Source: Mizuhopecten yessoensis (lineage: Eukaryota). Taken from it: a stretch of 62,774 nt of DNA. Shown here piece by piece: positions 41,901 to 52,726 of the stretch. A program made the translations under genes and the position numbers. Each line of letters opens with the position of its first letter. Within the stretch, counting starts at the first letter, position 1. Location: NCBI RefSeq assembly GCF_002113885.1, contig NW_018405634.1, positions 37,134-99,907 of the forward strand, written 5' to 3'. The notes beneath the pieces are model-generated. The model was not told the origin of the DNA and ran no database searches. It was given only the letters and a program-made list of their open reading frames with translations.

Positions 41901-44900
41901 TAGCAAGGCTTTACTGAGGGTGATGTCCCCTCCTGTATATTATTGAAGTACATGTACCTCTCTCTAGCAAGGCTTTACTGAGGGTGATGTCCCCCTCCTG
42001 TATATTATTTAAGTACATACCTCTCTCTAGCAGGGCTTTACCGAGGGTGATGTCCCCTCCTGGATATTATTGAAGTACATACCTCTCTCTAGCAGGGCTT
42101 TACTGAGGATGATGTCCCCTCCTGTATATTATTGAAGTACATGTACCTCTCTCTAGCAGGGCTTTACTGAGGGTGATGTCCCCTCCTGTATATAATTGAA
42201 GTACATACCTCTCTCTAGCAGTGCTTTACTGAGGGTGATATCCCCTCCTGTATATTATTGAAGTACATACCTCTCTCTAGCAGGGCTTTACTGAGGGTGA
42301 TGTTCCCTCCTGTATATAATTGAAGTACATACCTCTCTCTAGCAGAGCTTTACTGAGGGTGATGTCCCCTCCTGTATATTATTGCAGTACATACCTCTCT
42401 CTAGCAGGGCTTTACTGAGGATGATGTCCCCTCCTGTATATTATTGAAGTACATGTACCTCTCTTTAGCAGGGCTTTACTGAGGGTGATGTCCCCTCCTG
42501 TATATTATTGAAGTATATGTACCTCTCTCTAGCAGGGCTTTACTGAGGGTGATGTCCCCCTCCTGTTTATTATTGAAGTACATACCTCTCTCTAGCAGGG
42601 CTTTACTGAGGGTAGTGCTCTGCACCTGACACATGCGCGTGATCTCGTAATACTCTTTCAGTTTGAGTTGCCTGTACTTGTCAATCATAGAGGCAGTTTC
42701 CCCCTGTAGAGTGGACTTCATACAGTGGTTGTCAATGGCACGATCACCAATCTTAATGATTCCTGGGGGCGTGTCTTCTTGGATCTTCTTTGGGGACTGT
42801 CAACACAAACACATCACAACTGATACCAGAGACAAATACTATTTCACTACCTGTCATATATCAATAAACAATTGAACACAATCTGAAATAATAATACAAT
42901 TAAGACCATACTATGACAAAATAATAATAACAGATGGCTGTATTTCTTATTTGTCATCATATTTTAATCAGGTATCTATTATCAAATGTTATTTGGCAAG
43001 ATAAATACCAATTCAAATGTCAGTTTTATCTAATGATAATGACCAATTAACATATATTTAATTTGCTGAAACTAGCATTGCCTTATTGATTTTCTTGCTG
43101 TTTATAATTCAGATGCTACCTTTATATCAAAAATTATATTAAAAATGCTGTATTGATAAAATCAATGATTTTAAAAAAAACACTCTGTTACCATACCACC
43201 ACCAGACTATTACAAGTACGTATCTTATGAATATATACCTGTACTTACAACCCTGTCATTGACACCATCTGTTGATTAAACATATCCTCTAACCTTATCA
43301 CAGTACAACACCCATATACTCTTCCACACAATTTAAAAAAAACTACAACAGGTAAACACTCTCCTCTTTGAAATCCAATGGTTCCTCTTTTGATATAAAA
43401 AAGAATCTATTCTACCCCCTTGGAATGTGCCATGACAAATAGATAGCTACTGTATAGCACCTGTTTAGCCATTTGATTGGTTAAGACATAAAAGAAAAGT
43501 ATGTATGTCTGTATGATTCCTTTATCTTATATGAAAAAGACCAAAGGAATGTATGCCTGTATGATTTTTCTATCTTGTATGAAAAAGACCAAAGGTATGT
43601 ATGTCTGCATAATTAATTTATCTTGTATAAAAAAGACCAAAAGTATGTATGTCTGCATGATTCCTTTTTCTCGCACCTCAGACAGAGATATCCCACGTCA
43701 TACCCAATGCCGATCTGTCTTGTACCTTTACGTGACATTTCACAGAATTTTTACACTGCAATGTATTCATCCGCTCATTAACTGCTTAAAATTGACAATT
43801 TGCATTATAAATGTTCTGTTTTGTCGTTATATGTATAGTTTTGATGTTGTTAGATATTTGATGTTGTAGATAAAATATAATCTACACTGTGAAATACTTT
43901 AAAATCTATGTAAGGACGGACTACATTTTTACGCGGAAGCATTCAAATGTAGCTTTAGTAGTGAAGAGATCCTTATCATTTGAAGCCCAAGGCGGGATAC
44001 TTGTAGTTTTTAGAAAAACTGAAACGTTCTTTTCGAACTAAAAGGTGCGAGAAAAAAATCAATTACCTGTAACTGAGCGAGATCGGGTAATCTCAGTTTC
44101 GGGCAAGATTCTGTAACATCCCAACCTCGGCTTACACCTCAGATGGGATTTTGTTACAGAATCTTAACCCTCGACTAAGATTAGCCGATCTCGCTCAGTT
44201 ACAGGTAAAAGAATGTATTAATCTTGTATAGAAAAGACCAAAAGTATGTTGTCTGCCTGATTCCTTTATCTTGTATGAAAAAGACCAAATTAATAATAAT
44301 AATTTGAGGTTCTTATAATTATACTGCTTTATCACAACCTATTTTTTAGGTTGTCTCAAAGCGGTTCACAAATTATTATCCGTGGTAATAGGGCCTTTGC
44401 ACCCAGCCAATAGCATACAGCCGGTGCTGCCATTTCGGCGTTCACAGCTAGCATTCAACAATTCTAGCACTGCTCAACCACGTACCCATTTACAGCTGAG
44501 TAGACTGGAACAAGCGGAGTAAAGTATCTTGCTGAAGGATACAACCATGTGCCGTGACGTGACCCAAACCTGCAACCCTTCGATCACAAGCCCTGCATCC
44601 TACAACTAGACTACCGTGCCTCCAAACATACATACCAGAGGGTATGTATGTCTGTATGATTCCTTTATCTTGTATGAAAGAGACCAAAAGTATGTATGTC
44701 TGTATGATTCCATAGCAGTATCTGAACTAGTCCACCTGTAGAATCATACAGAGCCTTCAATTTTGTCATGGCACTTTCCAAGGGTATAGGGTGGAACTCT
44801 TTGATTCCAATTTGAGAAGATATACTTTGTACCATCACCACTTTAAGTACACCAATGCCACATTAGAAACTTACATGACATTGTACAGTGAACATGTTGT

Positions 44901-47900
44901 CAGTAGTTATATAGATTATACCCATTTACTAGGTTAGACTATATTAGATGTACACAATATGACATGACTATATAAAATAACTTCCATCCTGTACCCTAGA
45001 GAAAACCTTACCTTCAAAATGTCATATCACACCTCAGCCAAATGCTTGTATATTTTGTAATTTTAGAAAAACTAAAAAACCCACAACAACCCAAATTCTT
45101 AGTGTGACAAATACCAAGGCTAACAACACAGGCTGCCTGAGTACACGACTTTACCAAAGGGTCCTCCAATTCCAGGTCCGACAAAACAAGGTCATCAGAT
45201 CGAGGCTTTAAATCCTCTAGTCTTAGTACCTCCTGACAATACCACAGTTACATACAATACTGTTAATTCTATATCTTAAGTATACCTGGAGTCTCTTATA
45301 GAAACAATGATATATATTATAAATCACGTTTACCAAAACATTATAATTTATATAATTACCTATACAAACAGTGATATTATAGAAATCACTTGTACGTATA
45401 CATTAATTATATAGGCACACATACAATACTAGTATAAATCACTTTTACACATACATTATATATATATAAATAACTTTTACAAATGACATGTGCATAATTC
45501 CAAATCAGATTAACAATTATGTAATCTACAATCAAACACACACACAGGTAATCCCACATCTAACTGACACACAGGTAATCCCACTTCTGACTTACACACA
45601 GAAAATCCCACATTCCCAACACACAGGTAATCCCACATCTGACTTACACACAGGTAATCCCACATCTAACTGACAAACAGGTAATCCCACAGGTAATTAT
45701 CAAACGTCTGACTTGTATAGCAAAGGTGATCACAGGTAATCAATTATCTTTCAACTACTGGTGATTCTTTGTACGTTACTAGTGCAATTGTGTGATTTTT
45801 TTTTCATACTTTACCAGTAAGAAACACTGGTCAACTTTGACTTACCATTTTGTGTGTTTGGCTTGAACCCTTTAGGGCTTCCCTGTCTCGCTTTCGCAAA
45901 TCTACCATAGCTTCATCAGACTTGAGCACCATTTGTTCAGGGCGGGTATCGATATCTGGGGGATGGAGGAACTGGGGAGTGCTACTGCGACTCTGGGTGA
46001 GGACAGTGTGAGTGCTTCCCTGGCCACTCTCCTTACCCGAGTCTATCCTCTTCTTTCCTCCATCCGCATCCCCCTCAACTGTGGCAGTTTGACCCTCTAG
46101 CTTTGATTGGTCAGTTCCGACTGAGCCCTGACCAGCTGACTTGGCAGACTTCGGGGCAGATCGTGCACTGGACTTGGCAGATTTCGGACCAGACACCACA
46201 GTGCCTTTGGTGAGGTCAGACACTTCATGCTCTGGGCCAGTCTCCAACACTGGTGACCCTGGCACAAAAACAGCAGAAGGGAGGTAACTCCATGACAACC
46301 TTGATTAGTCAACCATGTTATACACATGCAGTTATGGGGTTTATAAAGATACTATGTACATGGACAGCAAACACAATGGGTTTTAATTTTTTTTTCATAC
46401 TGTTAAGCTCATAGTTTAATTCATATATATTCATCAATGAACCTATTATCAAGGAAAACAATAAAAGCTGATCATGTAATATCTTGTAAAATTGTGGAGT
46501 TGTTTTTCTGTGATTATTTGTTAAATTGCTCATACAAATTAATATTTGTTATTATCGTTCTTGATTATCATTATAAAGTTATGTACTGCTACTGTGTATT
46601 TATGCAGTCCAAAAAGCAAGCTGATCCTGTCAACTCATATACTAGATGTGGACTAAAATGTACCTTCGCAGTGTGAATAAAACAGGGTCCTGATTAGTGT
46701 GACACTATGATGCACTGAGTATGCATTTATATTGTGTGACAAAACAGGGCCTTGAAAGCCATTTTTATGCTCTGGGCATATGGTAATATAATTATATATG
46801 GTAGTCGGCCAGTGTATGATCTGAAGTGGCTGTCCATAGGATATTGGAATCTGATTTTTTGGCATACATGTTTATCATTGTAATGATAATGACACCTGTA
46901 TACCTGCATGAGAATTGGTCCCTTTAGATGACAGCGATGTTGTTTCCCTCGATAGTTCCTTGCGTCTGTTCTCACGGCGTTCTCGACGCCAACTGTCAAG
47001 TCCTCGCGCCAGCTCCTTGTAATCCAGCTCCTCATCAAAGTTTTCATCAAGGGATAGAATCAGGTCCTCCAGTAGGGGCTCAGACAGTGGAACTTTGGAC
47101 TGTAACCATAAATAGGACAATGGAAACTTGATCAGGAGAACCTCTTCTGCTGCTCTAGTATAAAATAGTAGGTCAGATTTCCTAATATCACCAGAAATGT
47201 ATCCATTCACGATCATAAAAATGTTATAAACAGGTTTAAATATCAATCAAGCTAATTAGATAAATACTACTGTAGTAGAACACCAAGGAAATAATGCTGT
47301 GAATTAATTACAGGTGTATGTGTGTCATTAGAGGAGGGGTGTATGTGTGTCATTGGAGGAGGGGTGTATGTGTGTCATTGGAGGAGGGGTGTTGTGTGTC
47401 ATTGTAGGAGGGGTTTTGTGTGTCATTGGAGGAGGGGTGGATGTGTGTCATTGTAGGAGGGGTGTTGTGTGGCATTGGAGGAGGGGTGTATGTGTGTCAT
47501 TTGAGGAGGGGTGTTGTGTGTCATTGGAGGAGGGCTGTTGTGTGTCATTGTAGGAGGGGTGTTGTGTGTCATTGTAGTAGGGGTGTTGTGTGTCATTGGG
47601 GGAGGGGTGTTATGTGTCATTGGAGGAGGGGTGTTGTGTGTCTATCCCGGGGTGTTGTGTGTCATTGGAGGAGGGGTGGATGTGTGTCATTGTAGGAGGG
47701 GTGTTGTGTGTCATTGTAGTAGGGGTGTTGTGTGTCATTGGGGGAGGGGTGTCGTGGGTCATTGTAGGAGGGGTGTTGTGTGTCATTGTAGTAGGGGTGT
47801 TGTGTGTCATTGGGGGAGGGGTGTCGTGTGTCATTGTAGGAGGGGTGTTGTGTGTCATTGTAGTAGGGGTGTTGTGTGTCATTGGGGGAGGGGTGTCGTG

Positions 47901-49640
47901 GGTCATTGTAGGAGGGGTGTTGTGTGTCATTGTAGTAGGGGTGTTGTGTGTCATTGGGGGAGGGGTGTCGTGTGTCATTGTAGGAGGGGGGTTGTGTGTC
48001 ATTGGAGGAGGGGTTTTTGTGTGTCATTGGAGGAGGGGTGTTGTGGGTCAGTGGAGGAGGGGTGTTGTGTGTCATTGGAGCAGGGGTGTATGTGTGTCAT
48101 TGGAGGAAGGTTGTTGTGTGTCATTGGAGGAGGGGTGTTGTGGGTCAGTGGAGGAGGGGTGTTGTGTGTCATTGTAGGAAGGGTGTTGTGTGTCATTGTA
48201 GCTAATTAGATAAATACTACTGTAGTAGAACACCAAGGAAATAATGCTGTGAATTAACTCGAGGTGTATGTGTGTCATTAGAGGAGGGGTGTCTGTGTGT
48301 CCTTGGAGGAGGGGTGTATGTGTGTCATTGGAGGAAGGTTGTTGTGTGTCATTGGAGGAGGGGAGTTGTGTGTCATTGGAGGAGGGGTGGATGGGTGTCA
48401 TTGGAGGAGGGGTGTTGTGTGTCTATCCCGGGGTGTTGTGTGTCATTGGAGGAGGGGTGTTGGGTGTCATTGGAGGAGGGGTGTTGTGTGTCCTTGGAGG
48501 AGGGGTGTATGTGTGTCATTGGAGGAGGGGGGTTGTGTGTCATTGGAGGAGGGGTGTTGTGGGTCAGTGGAGGAGGGGTGTTGTGTGTCATTGTAGGAGG
48601 GGTGTTGTGTGGCATTGGAGGAGGGGTGTATGTGTGTCATTGGAGGGGGGGTGTTGTGTGTCATTGGAGGAGGGGTGTTGTGTGTCATTGTTGGAGGGGT
48701 GTTGTGTGTCATTGGAGGAGGGGTGTTGTGTGTCATTGGAGGAGGGGTGTTGTGTGTCATTGGAGGAGGGGTGTTGTGTGTCATTGGAGGAGGGGTGTCG
48801 TGGCAAAGAGATTCACGTTGTTGCATGCTTTTTGGGGGAGATAAAAGCTGATTTCATAATCACAATTGTTTATTAGAAAACGAAATGCATACATACTTGT
48901 CGAATAGATTTCCTGAATTCATCCCGAGACAACCTCCAGTTCTTGTCCTTGTCTGTTTGTGTAAACAAATCTATCAGTCTCATTTTGTTCCGTTTAAGAA
49001 ATAGGTCCAATATACGGATACCAAGTGGTGAGGGGACCTTGACACAGGGAACACTCTTGATTTCAGCACTAATGGGGGTCTCTGGGGGAGGAGCCATCTC
49101 CACCTCTTTTGGCATCCTCTCTTGCTCCATACGTCGCAGAACACGCTTCTCCAAGGCAGTTTTCTTTGGCTTATTTCTCAACCAGTCTTCACTGAGTCCC
49201 ATGTTTTCTATGTTATTTCGAAACTTCTGTCTTTCTTGGATCCATTTTTTGTATTGAAACTCTTTATCTTTTTCAACTTCTCTCTGAATTTCCTCTCGGT
49301 CATACTCAAGTTTATCCACTAAGGGCTCAGGAGGTTTCACCACAGTATTGATAATAAGTGGGGCAGGTTTAGGTTTCTGGTTTAAGTAACATCCCAGTCG
49401 GTGTCTCATCTTTGTTTCCATTGGAGGAGCAACAATGACCCTCTTTCTGCTGAGTGGGCCACCAAATATCTTCACTGCAGCCTTATAATGCTTGACATGT
49501 GGCAGGTCCCTGTGCTTGAATAGACCCATACGCTCATCCTCTGGGATGTGGTCAAGGTTGTATTCATCAAACAACCGATCAAGGGGGAAGCTGATATCTG
49601 AATCCATGGCGTCCAGCGCCCCACCCCTATGTGGTGGCAT
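32672..49640 (-). CDS. EFCAB12: EF-hand calcium-binding domain-containing protein 12-like; spliced CDS complement(join(32672..32945,40600..40909,42586..42796,45846..46258,46904..47099,48897..49640)), 2148 nt, 715 aa
   Basis: Six ORF segments are joined by GT-AG introns with consistent phases (0,1,0,1,2). There is a paired EF-hand (DKDKNWRLSRDEF / DENFDEELDYKEL). Motifs recalled from vertebrate EFCAB12 occur in the same order: RKRVIVAPP, WLRNKPKKTALE, IGDRAIDNHCMKSTLQG, LLHPPD, MTFEEYDKLT, NAFWPGHLMDRVRL. Confidence 0.9.
33085..34947. repeat. 33-bp minisatellite in the last EFCAB12 intron, containing an assembly gap (33347-33869)
   Basis: Unit ACAGACAAGTACACAGACAACCAATTATTGTCT. Confidence 0.97.
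35085..35608 (-). mobile_element. Second, truncated copy of the 26851-27817 Helentron-associated element
   Basis: Same internal repeats, (GACGCCG)n and terminal hairpin AGCTCACTT..GGTGAGTTAAAAA. Confidence 0.85.
35718..35995. repeat. 37-38-bp minisatellite, ~7 copies
   Basis: Unit GACCTCAAAATGTCACAAGGAAGTAGCTTATTTCCAA. Confidence 0.95.
36040..36290 (-). mobile_element. Penelope-like retroelement RT fragment
   Basis: The minus strand reads IYPSELEL ... FPFL/DHNIPPSPTYAIYMWNLIRYSRACSEYHDFRDR, typical of Penelope-like RT C-terminal regions. Confidence 0.75.
37071..37296. mobile_element. Small TA-flanked MITE (Tc1/mariner-like)
   Basis: TA|CTGTAAA ... TTTACAG|TA. Confidence 0.6.
37945..38995. 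repeat. 47-bp minisatellite, ~22 copies
   Basis: Unit GGGACATTTATCACTGGGGTAAATCTAGTTTACAGGTGATGACAGAA. Confidence 0.97.
39000..39910. repeat. ~0.9-kb purine-rich low-complexity tract
   Basis: Strong G/A excess on the plus strand with no fixed period. Confidence 0.85.
40600..40909 (-). CDS. EFCAB12: EFCAB12-like coding exon 5 (VLLHPPDHP...EEYDKLT)
   Basis: Acceptor ttcctttccag|TG (phase 1). Donor AAG|GTAATT (phase 2). Confidence 0.88.
41415..41502. mobile_element. 88-bp piggyBac-like MITE
   Basis: TTAA|TCCTTTCACC ... GGTGAAAGGG|TTAA. Confidence 0.7.
41505..42612 (-). repeat. 62-65-bp minisatellite made of the EFCAB12 exon-4 3' end plus splice donor, 18 copies
   Basis: Minus-strand unit ACCCTCAGTAAAGCCCTGCTAGAGAGAG|GTATGTACTTCAATAATATACAGGAGGGGACATC. 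The first copy is the real exon end. Confidence 0.95.
42586..42796 (-). CDS. EFCAB12: EFCAB12-like coding exon 4 (SPKKIQED...TLSKALLER)
   Basis: Acceptor gttgacag|TCC (phase 0). Donor GAG|GTATGT (phase 1). Conserved IDNHCMKSTLQG motif. Confidence 0.88.
43665..44220 (+). mobile_element. Non-autonomous element with subterminal inverted repeat and long 3' hairpin (Helentron/HINE-like architecture)
   Basis: TTTTTCTCGCACCT ... AGGTGCGAGAAAAA, then a ~145-bp hairpin TTACCTGTAACTGAGCGAGATCGG...CCGATCTCGCTCAGTTACAGGTAA. Inserted into a T-run of the minisatellite unit with no clear TSD. Confidence 0.7.
44290..44623 (-). mobile_element. tRNA-headed CORE-type SINE
   Basis: Minus strand shows a degenerate A/B-box head GGAGGCACGGTAGTCTAG..., CORE-like TCCTTCAGCAAGATACTTTACTC..CTGTAAATGGGTAC, an L2-like tail CGCTTTGAGAC and an (ATT)n end. 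Confidence 0.75.
45540..45692. repeat. ~27-bp minisatellite, ~6 copies
   Basis: Unit ACACACAGGTAATCCCACATCTAACTG. Confidence 0.85.
45846..46258 (-). CDS. EFCAB12: EFCAB12-like coding exon 3 (low-complexity S/G/K region, then FLHPPDIDTRPE...THKM)
   Basis: Acceptor tttttgtgccag|GG (phase 1). Donor ATG|GTAAGT (phase 0). Open frame of 137 codons. Confidence 0.85.
46904..47099 (-). CDS. EFCAB12: EFCAB12-like coding exon 2 (SKVPLSEP...TNSHA, second EF-hand)
   Basis: Acceptor ttacag|TCC (phase 0). Donor GCAG|GTATAC (phase 1) matches the next exon. Confidence 0.85.
47313..48800. repeat. 24-bp G-rich minisatellite in two blocks within an EFCAB12 intron
   Basis: Unit GTGTCATTGGAGGAGGGGTGTTGT. Interrupted at ~48200-48262 by a copy of the flank 47250-47312. 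Confidence 0.97.
48897..49640 (-). CDS. EFCAB12: EFCAB12-like coding exon 1 (MPPHRGG...RKSIRQ, 248 codons, includes first EF-hand)
   Basis: ATG at 49640 with an in-frame upstream TAG. Donor CAA|GTATGT after 48897 (phase 0). Acceptor tttgtttacag precedes 49738. Confidence 0.9.
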
Positions 49641-49969
49641 GCTGCTTATCTACCAAATGACCAACTTACTAAAGCACTGGATGTTTTTTTCAATTCGAGT
49701 TGTAGAAACAGTGCATACTTTACCCATGGAGAAGCTGTCTGTAAACAAAAAAAAATCACATTCAATTAATGTTGTTGACAAATGTTTTCTCTTCGGTTAC
49801 AGTTCATCTATGGTATATATACATGTATGGCTATGTTCTATGTGTGCAGACTATTCTAGCTGTAGTCAATAACTGTAGGATTGAAGAAATTACATTTCTG
49901 ATGTGTGTTCCACTGTCGCATCCTGTCAACATTCAGGGTTGGTTTTTATGTAACCATATGTAATTATTA

Positions 49970-50560
49970 GCTATTAGGGGTAGACATTGATAGTTGTTTT
50001 AAAGTTTCACACTCATATATCAAATGTATGTAGAAAGGCCTCCATACAATTGAGTGTGCTTAAAAGAATTGGAAATTACCTTACCAAAATGGGCAAAGTC
50101 ACTATTTCCAAATCTTTTATTTTATCTAATTTTAATTTTGTCCTCTATCTTGGCATTTTTGCAACAAAAGCAATACTAGAAAGACGGAAAAAGTTCAAGA
50201 GAGAACCCTGCGTTTTATTTATAGAAAATGATTTTATTACCCCGGTTAAAGACATTTTAATTAGAAATAACTTACATTTTTTACATGTTTGCAGGCTCAA
50301 GACAATGGCTAGGGAGGTCTACAAAAATGTTAATAATATTGCACCTGATTTTTTAAGAGATCTCATGCAGTAGTTAGAAACCAAGTTCTATATAATTTCA
50401 GGAAGATAGATACCAAGGGTAAATACCACTACTTTTGGTAAGAAGTCTTTTTGCTTTGAAGCTCCCCCGGTATGGAACAGTCTACCTAATGAGATACAAG
50501 TATTTTGTAGACTGATTCACAACTAGGATGGTGAACTCTGCAAATGCTCTTTATGTTCCC
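49970..50560 (+). mobile_element. 3' fragment of a CR1/L2-group LINE, antisense to EFCAB12
   Basis: Motifs LGVDID..FHTHISNVCRKASIQLSVLKRI, KSFILSNFNF and PVWNSLPNEI. Confidence 0.85.
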
Positions 50561-51788
50561 GACTCCTTTTTAGGTTGTAGTTTTTTAACTTCAAACTGGT
50601 CATCTAGCCGACTGGAGTAGGTGTTTACTTTGTTTGCTTGCTATATTTGTTTGAACCTTGTGATATCCTCCATGACTAAATGTGATTAGTTAATTGTCAT
50701 GGGTTTTATATCAGTGTCAATACAACACACCTTTTAAACCGTTGTTTTTGTCATTGCATGTTACTTTTATTGCGTTGCTTATTCCTATTTTGTGTTCTCT
50801 TTGAAGTCCATTTAAAAATGACTGCATTATTATTTTATAATTTGGTGTTATAGGGCTAGGTAGGGATTGGCCCAACCACCTGTCCTGCGAAACCCCACAC
50901 ATATATCGTTTAATCTTTTAGTGCAGGAGCCTGTATATATTGTTATATTAACACCAACCTAGCTATCTTATATAACTTAAGTGTATTTTATTTAGCTCAC
51001 CTTTATTTTATTCATCCATGTAAGCCTACATTTACTTGCATGCTATGTTCTTGTTTGTTTTAAATTATACCAATGTTTGTTGCAGCAAATACTCTACCGA
51101 GCTTATATTTGTATATTTATTGTACCTGTATGCGACGTTAATTATAAACAGTGATTAATCGAAGCTAAGTATCGCGTGCATACTTAACCCCCTCCGCAAA
51201 AAAAAGCCATTTTGGTCTCTGTGGAGTATAACATATAACGTTAGATAGATACTAGATAGTAATAAATAGTCTTGTATCTTGTACCATTCAAACTCGTATG
51301 TTGAGTTGGAGCCAAATTTGTTTGATCCAGTGGTAATCAATAAAACTTAATATTTTGTTCTTGAATTTGAGGAATTCAGGACAGACTTAAAGCAGAATAT
51401 TGTTTTCAACGTTTACATTTGACTTTATGATCGTGTCAAATGAGTTGAACGAGTTACAAAACGTGGTTACGTCTGAGCACAGAATGCATTAGTCAATTTA
51501 GTGTACATGCTCAAGCAATTAACTTAAAGCATGTGATCTGGTTCATGAATAATAATATCATATGTCCATTGTTATGCCTGCGTTCATTACCTTTCCTATT
51601 AAAATTCCTATTAAATTAGTACGGGCCCAGAAGTCAAAATCTTATTATATGGACGTCAAATGGGAATGAAACAAGTTACTTTTAGATAAAAGTCAAAGAA
51701 TACAACTATATTTAACACGCCCATAATATAAAACGTCCACATTTAACAAACAATACTTCAGTCATCTCGTATGATACCATTTAAATAC

Positions 51789-51870
51789 CGTGCATTTCAT
51801 ATGGTCGTTTCAGTCCGTATATATCGCCATCTTTGTTGCTCCATAAACAAATCGGTCGCGCCATCTATCG
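51789..51870 (-). promoter_or_regulatory. Candidate promoter / non-coding first exon of the EFCAB12-like gene
   Basis: Cluster of YY1-like CGCCATCTT (51825), X-box-like GTTGCTCCATAAAC (51835), forkhead ATAAACA (51843) and CTCF-like GCGCCATCTA (51858). Possible donor CACG|GTATTT at 51789. Coding exon 1 starts with a strong acceptor, so an upstream exon is implied. Confidence 0.4.
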
Positions 51871-52260
51871 TTCAAAACAAGGGACGTAATGGTGTTGCAA
51901 GTTGTTCTAATTATCTCCCTTGTGCCTTGTAGTAGTGAAAAACAGCTCCTTACACAACGGATTTTATTGCAGTGAGTCGTTCACCGAAATTAAATATTAT
52001 ATTTTGTTCCACTTAATTGCATTAGCTCTTGGTCCATAGATACATGTAAGTCACTTTGATTTATAATTACTTGTAAATGGTGGAAATTAAAATGAAATTG
52101 TCAGTAGACGAAGGGGAACCTATTAGATTTATAAAAACGCGTTTGACACAGTGCCTCACCAACGTCTGTTAAAAAAACTACATGGAAATCAGAGGGAAAA
52201 TTCTGAACTGGATAAGAGCGTTTAAGAAGGAAACACAGCAAAAAGCTGTGGTACATGGAA

Positions 52261-52702
52261 GAGCGACCGGTTGGGCAAAAGTAAAATAAGCGGAGCACCC
52301 CATGGCAGATTTTATTCTTCCCGCGCGCGCATTGCGTCACGTCACAGGTAGTGGGAATCCGTGCTCCACGGATTCCACGTCTACCCGTGACCACTACCTG
52401 ACACGTCACCCGACCCACACACTCCAGCTATCACCCGTCGAGAGAGGAGCTCTCAATTGCACGTTACCAAGCATCACGCCATAGTCCCTGGTAAGTCTGT
52501 GTTTTATCATTACTTCATTCCATTTATATGTAGTCATATTCATGTCATTGTAAATAAGTGTATATGATAGGGTGTGTACAGCGAGAGTGTATTTATACCT
52601 GTTACATATTATTGTTACAGGATCCCTTGTACCCATCATCATCATCATCTACATTATTGAATAAAGACATCAAAGAATCATCAAATAGTCTCGAGTTCTA
52701 CA
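52261..52702 (+). mobile_element. LTR-like segment (5' boundary uncertain) followed by a tRNA-Lys PBS
   Basis: AATAAA at ~52660, ends ...GAGTTCTACA, then T plus a perfect TGGCGCCCAACGTGGGGC (52704-52721), the PBS for tRNA-Lys(CTT). Confidence 0.7.
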
Positions 52703-52726
52703 TTGGCGCCCAACGTGGGGCGCCAA

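Larger units (their letters stand above)
43415..44787. mobile_element. Outer TIR element carrying a 48-bp minisatellite, with two nested insertions
   Basis: CCCTTGGAATGTGCCATGACAAAT (43418) is mirrored by ATTTTGTCATGGCACTTTCCAAGGG (44760). The internal unit ATGTATGTCTGTATGATTCCTTTATCTTGTATGAAAAAGACCAAAAGT occurs at ~43501-43665, 44220-44290 and 44640-44712. Confidence 0.6.

Noticed and set aside
46896-46903. Alternative donor ACAG|GTGTCA for exon 2
   Set aside because: It would give phase 0, which is incompatible with the phase-1 acceptor at 46258.
47347-48876. Many overlapping ORFs
   Set aside because: An intronic 24-bp minisatellite open in multiple frames on both strands.
48943-49872. 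Plus-strand ORFs overlapping EFCAB12 exon 1
   Set aside because: Antisense shadows of a real coding exon.
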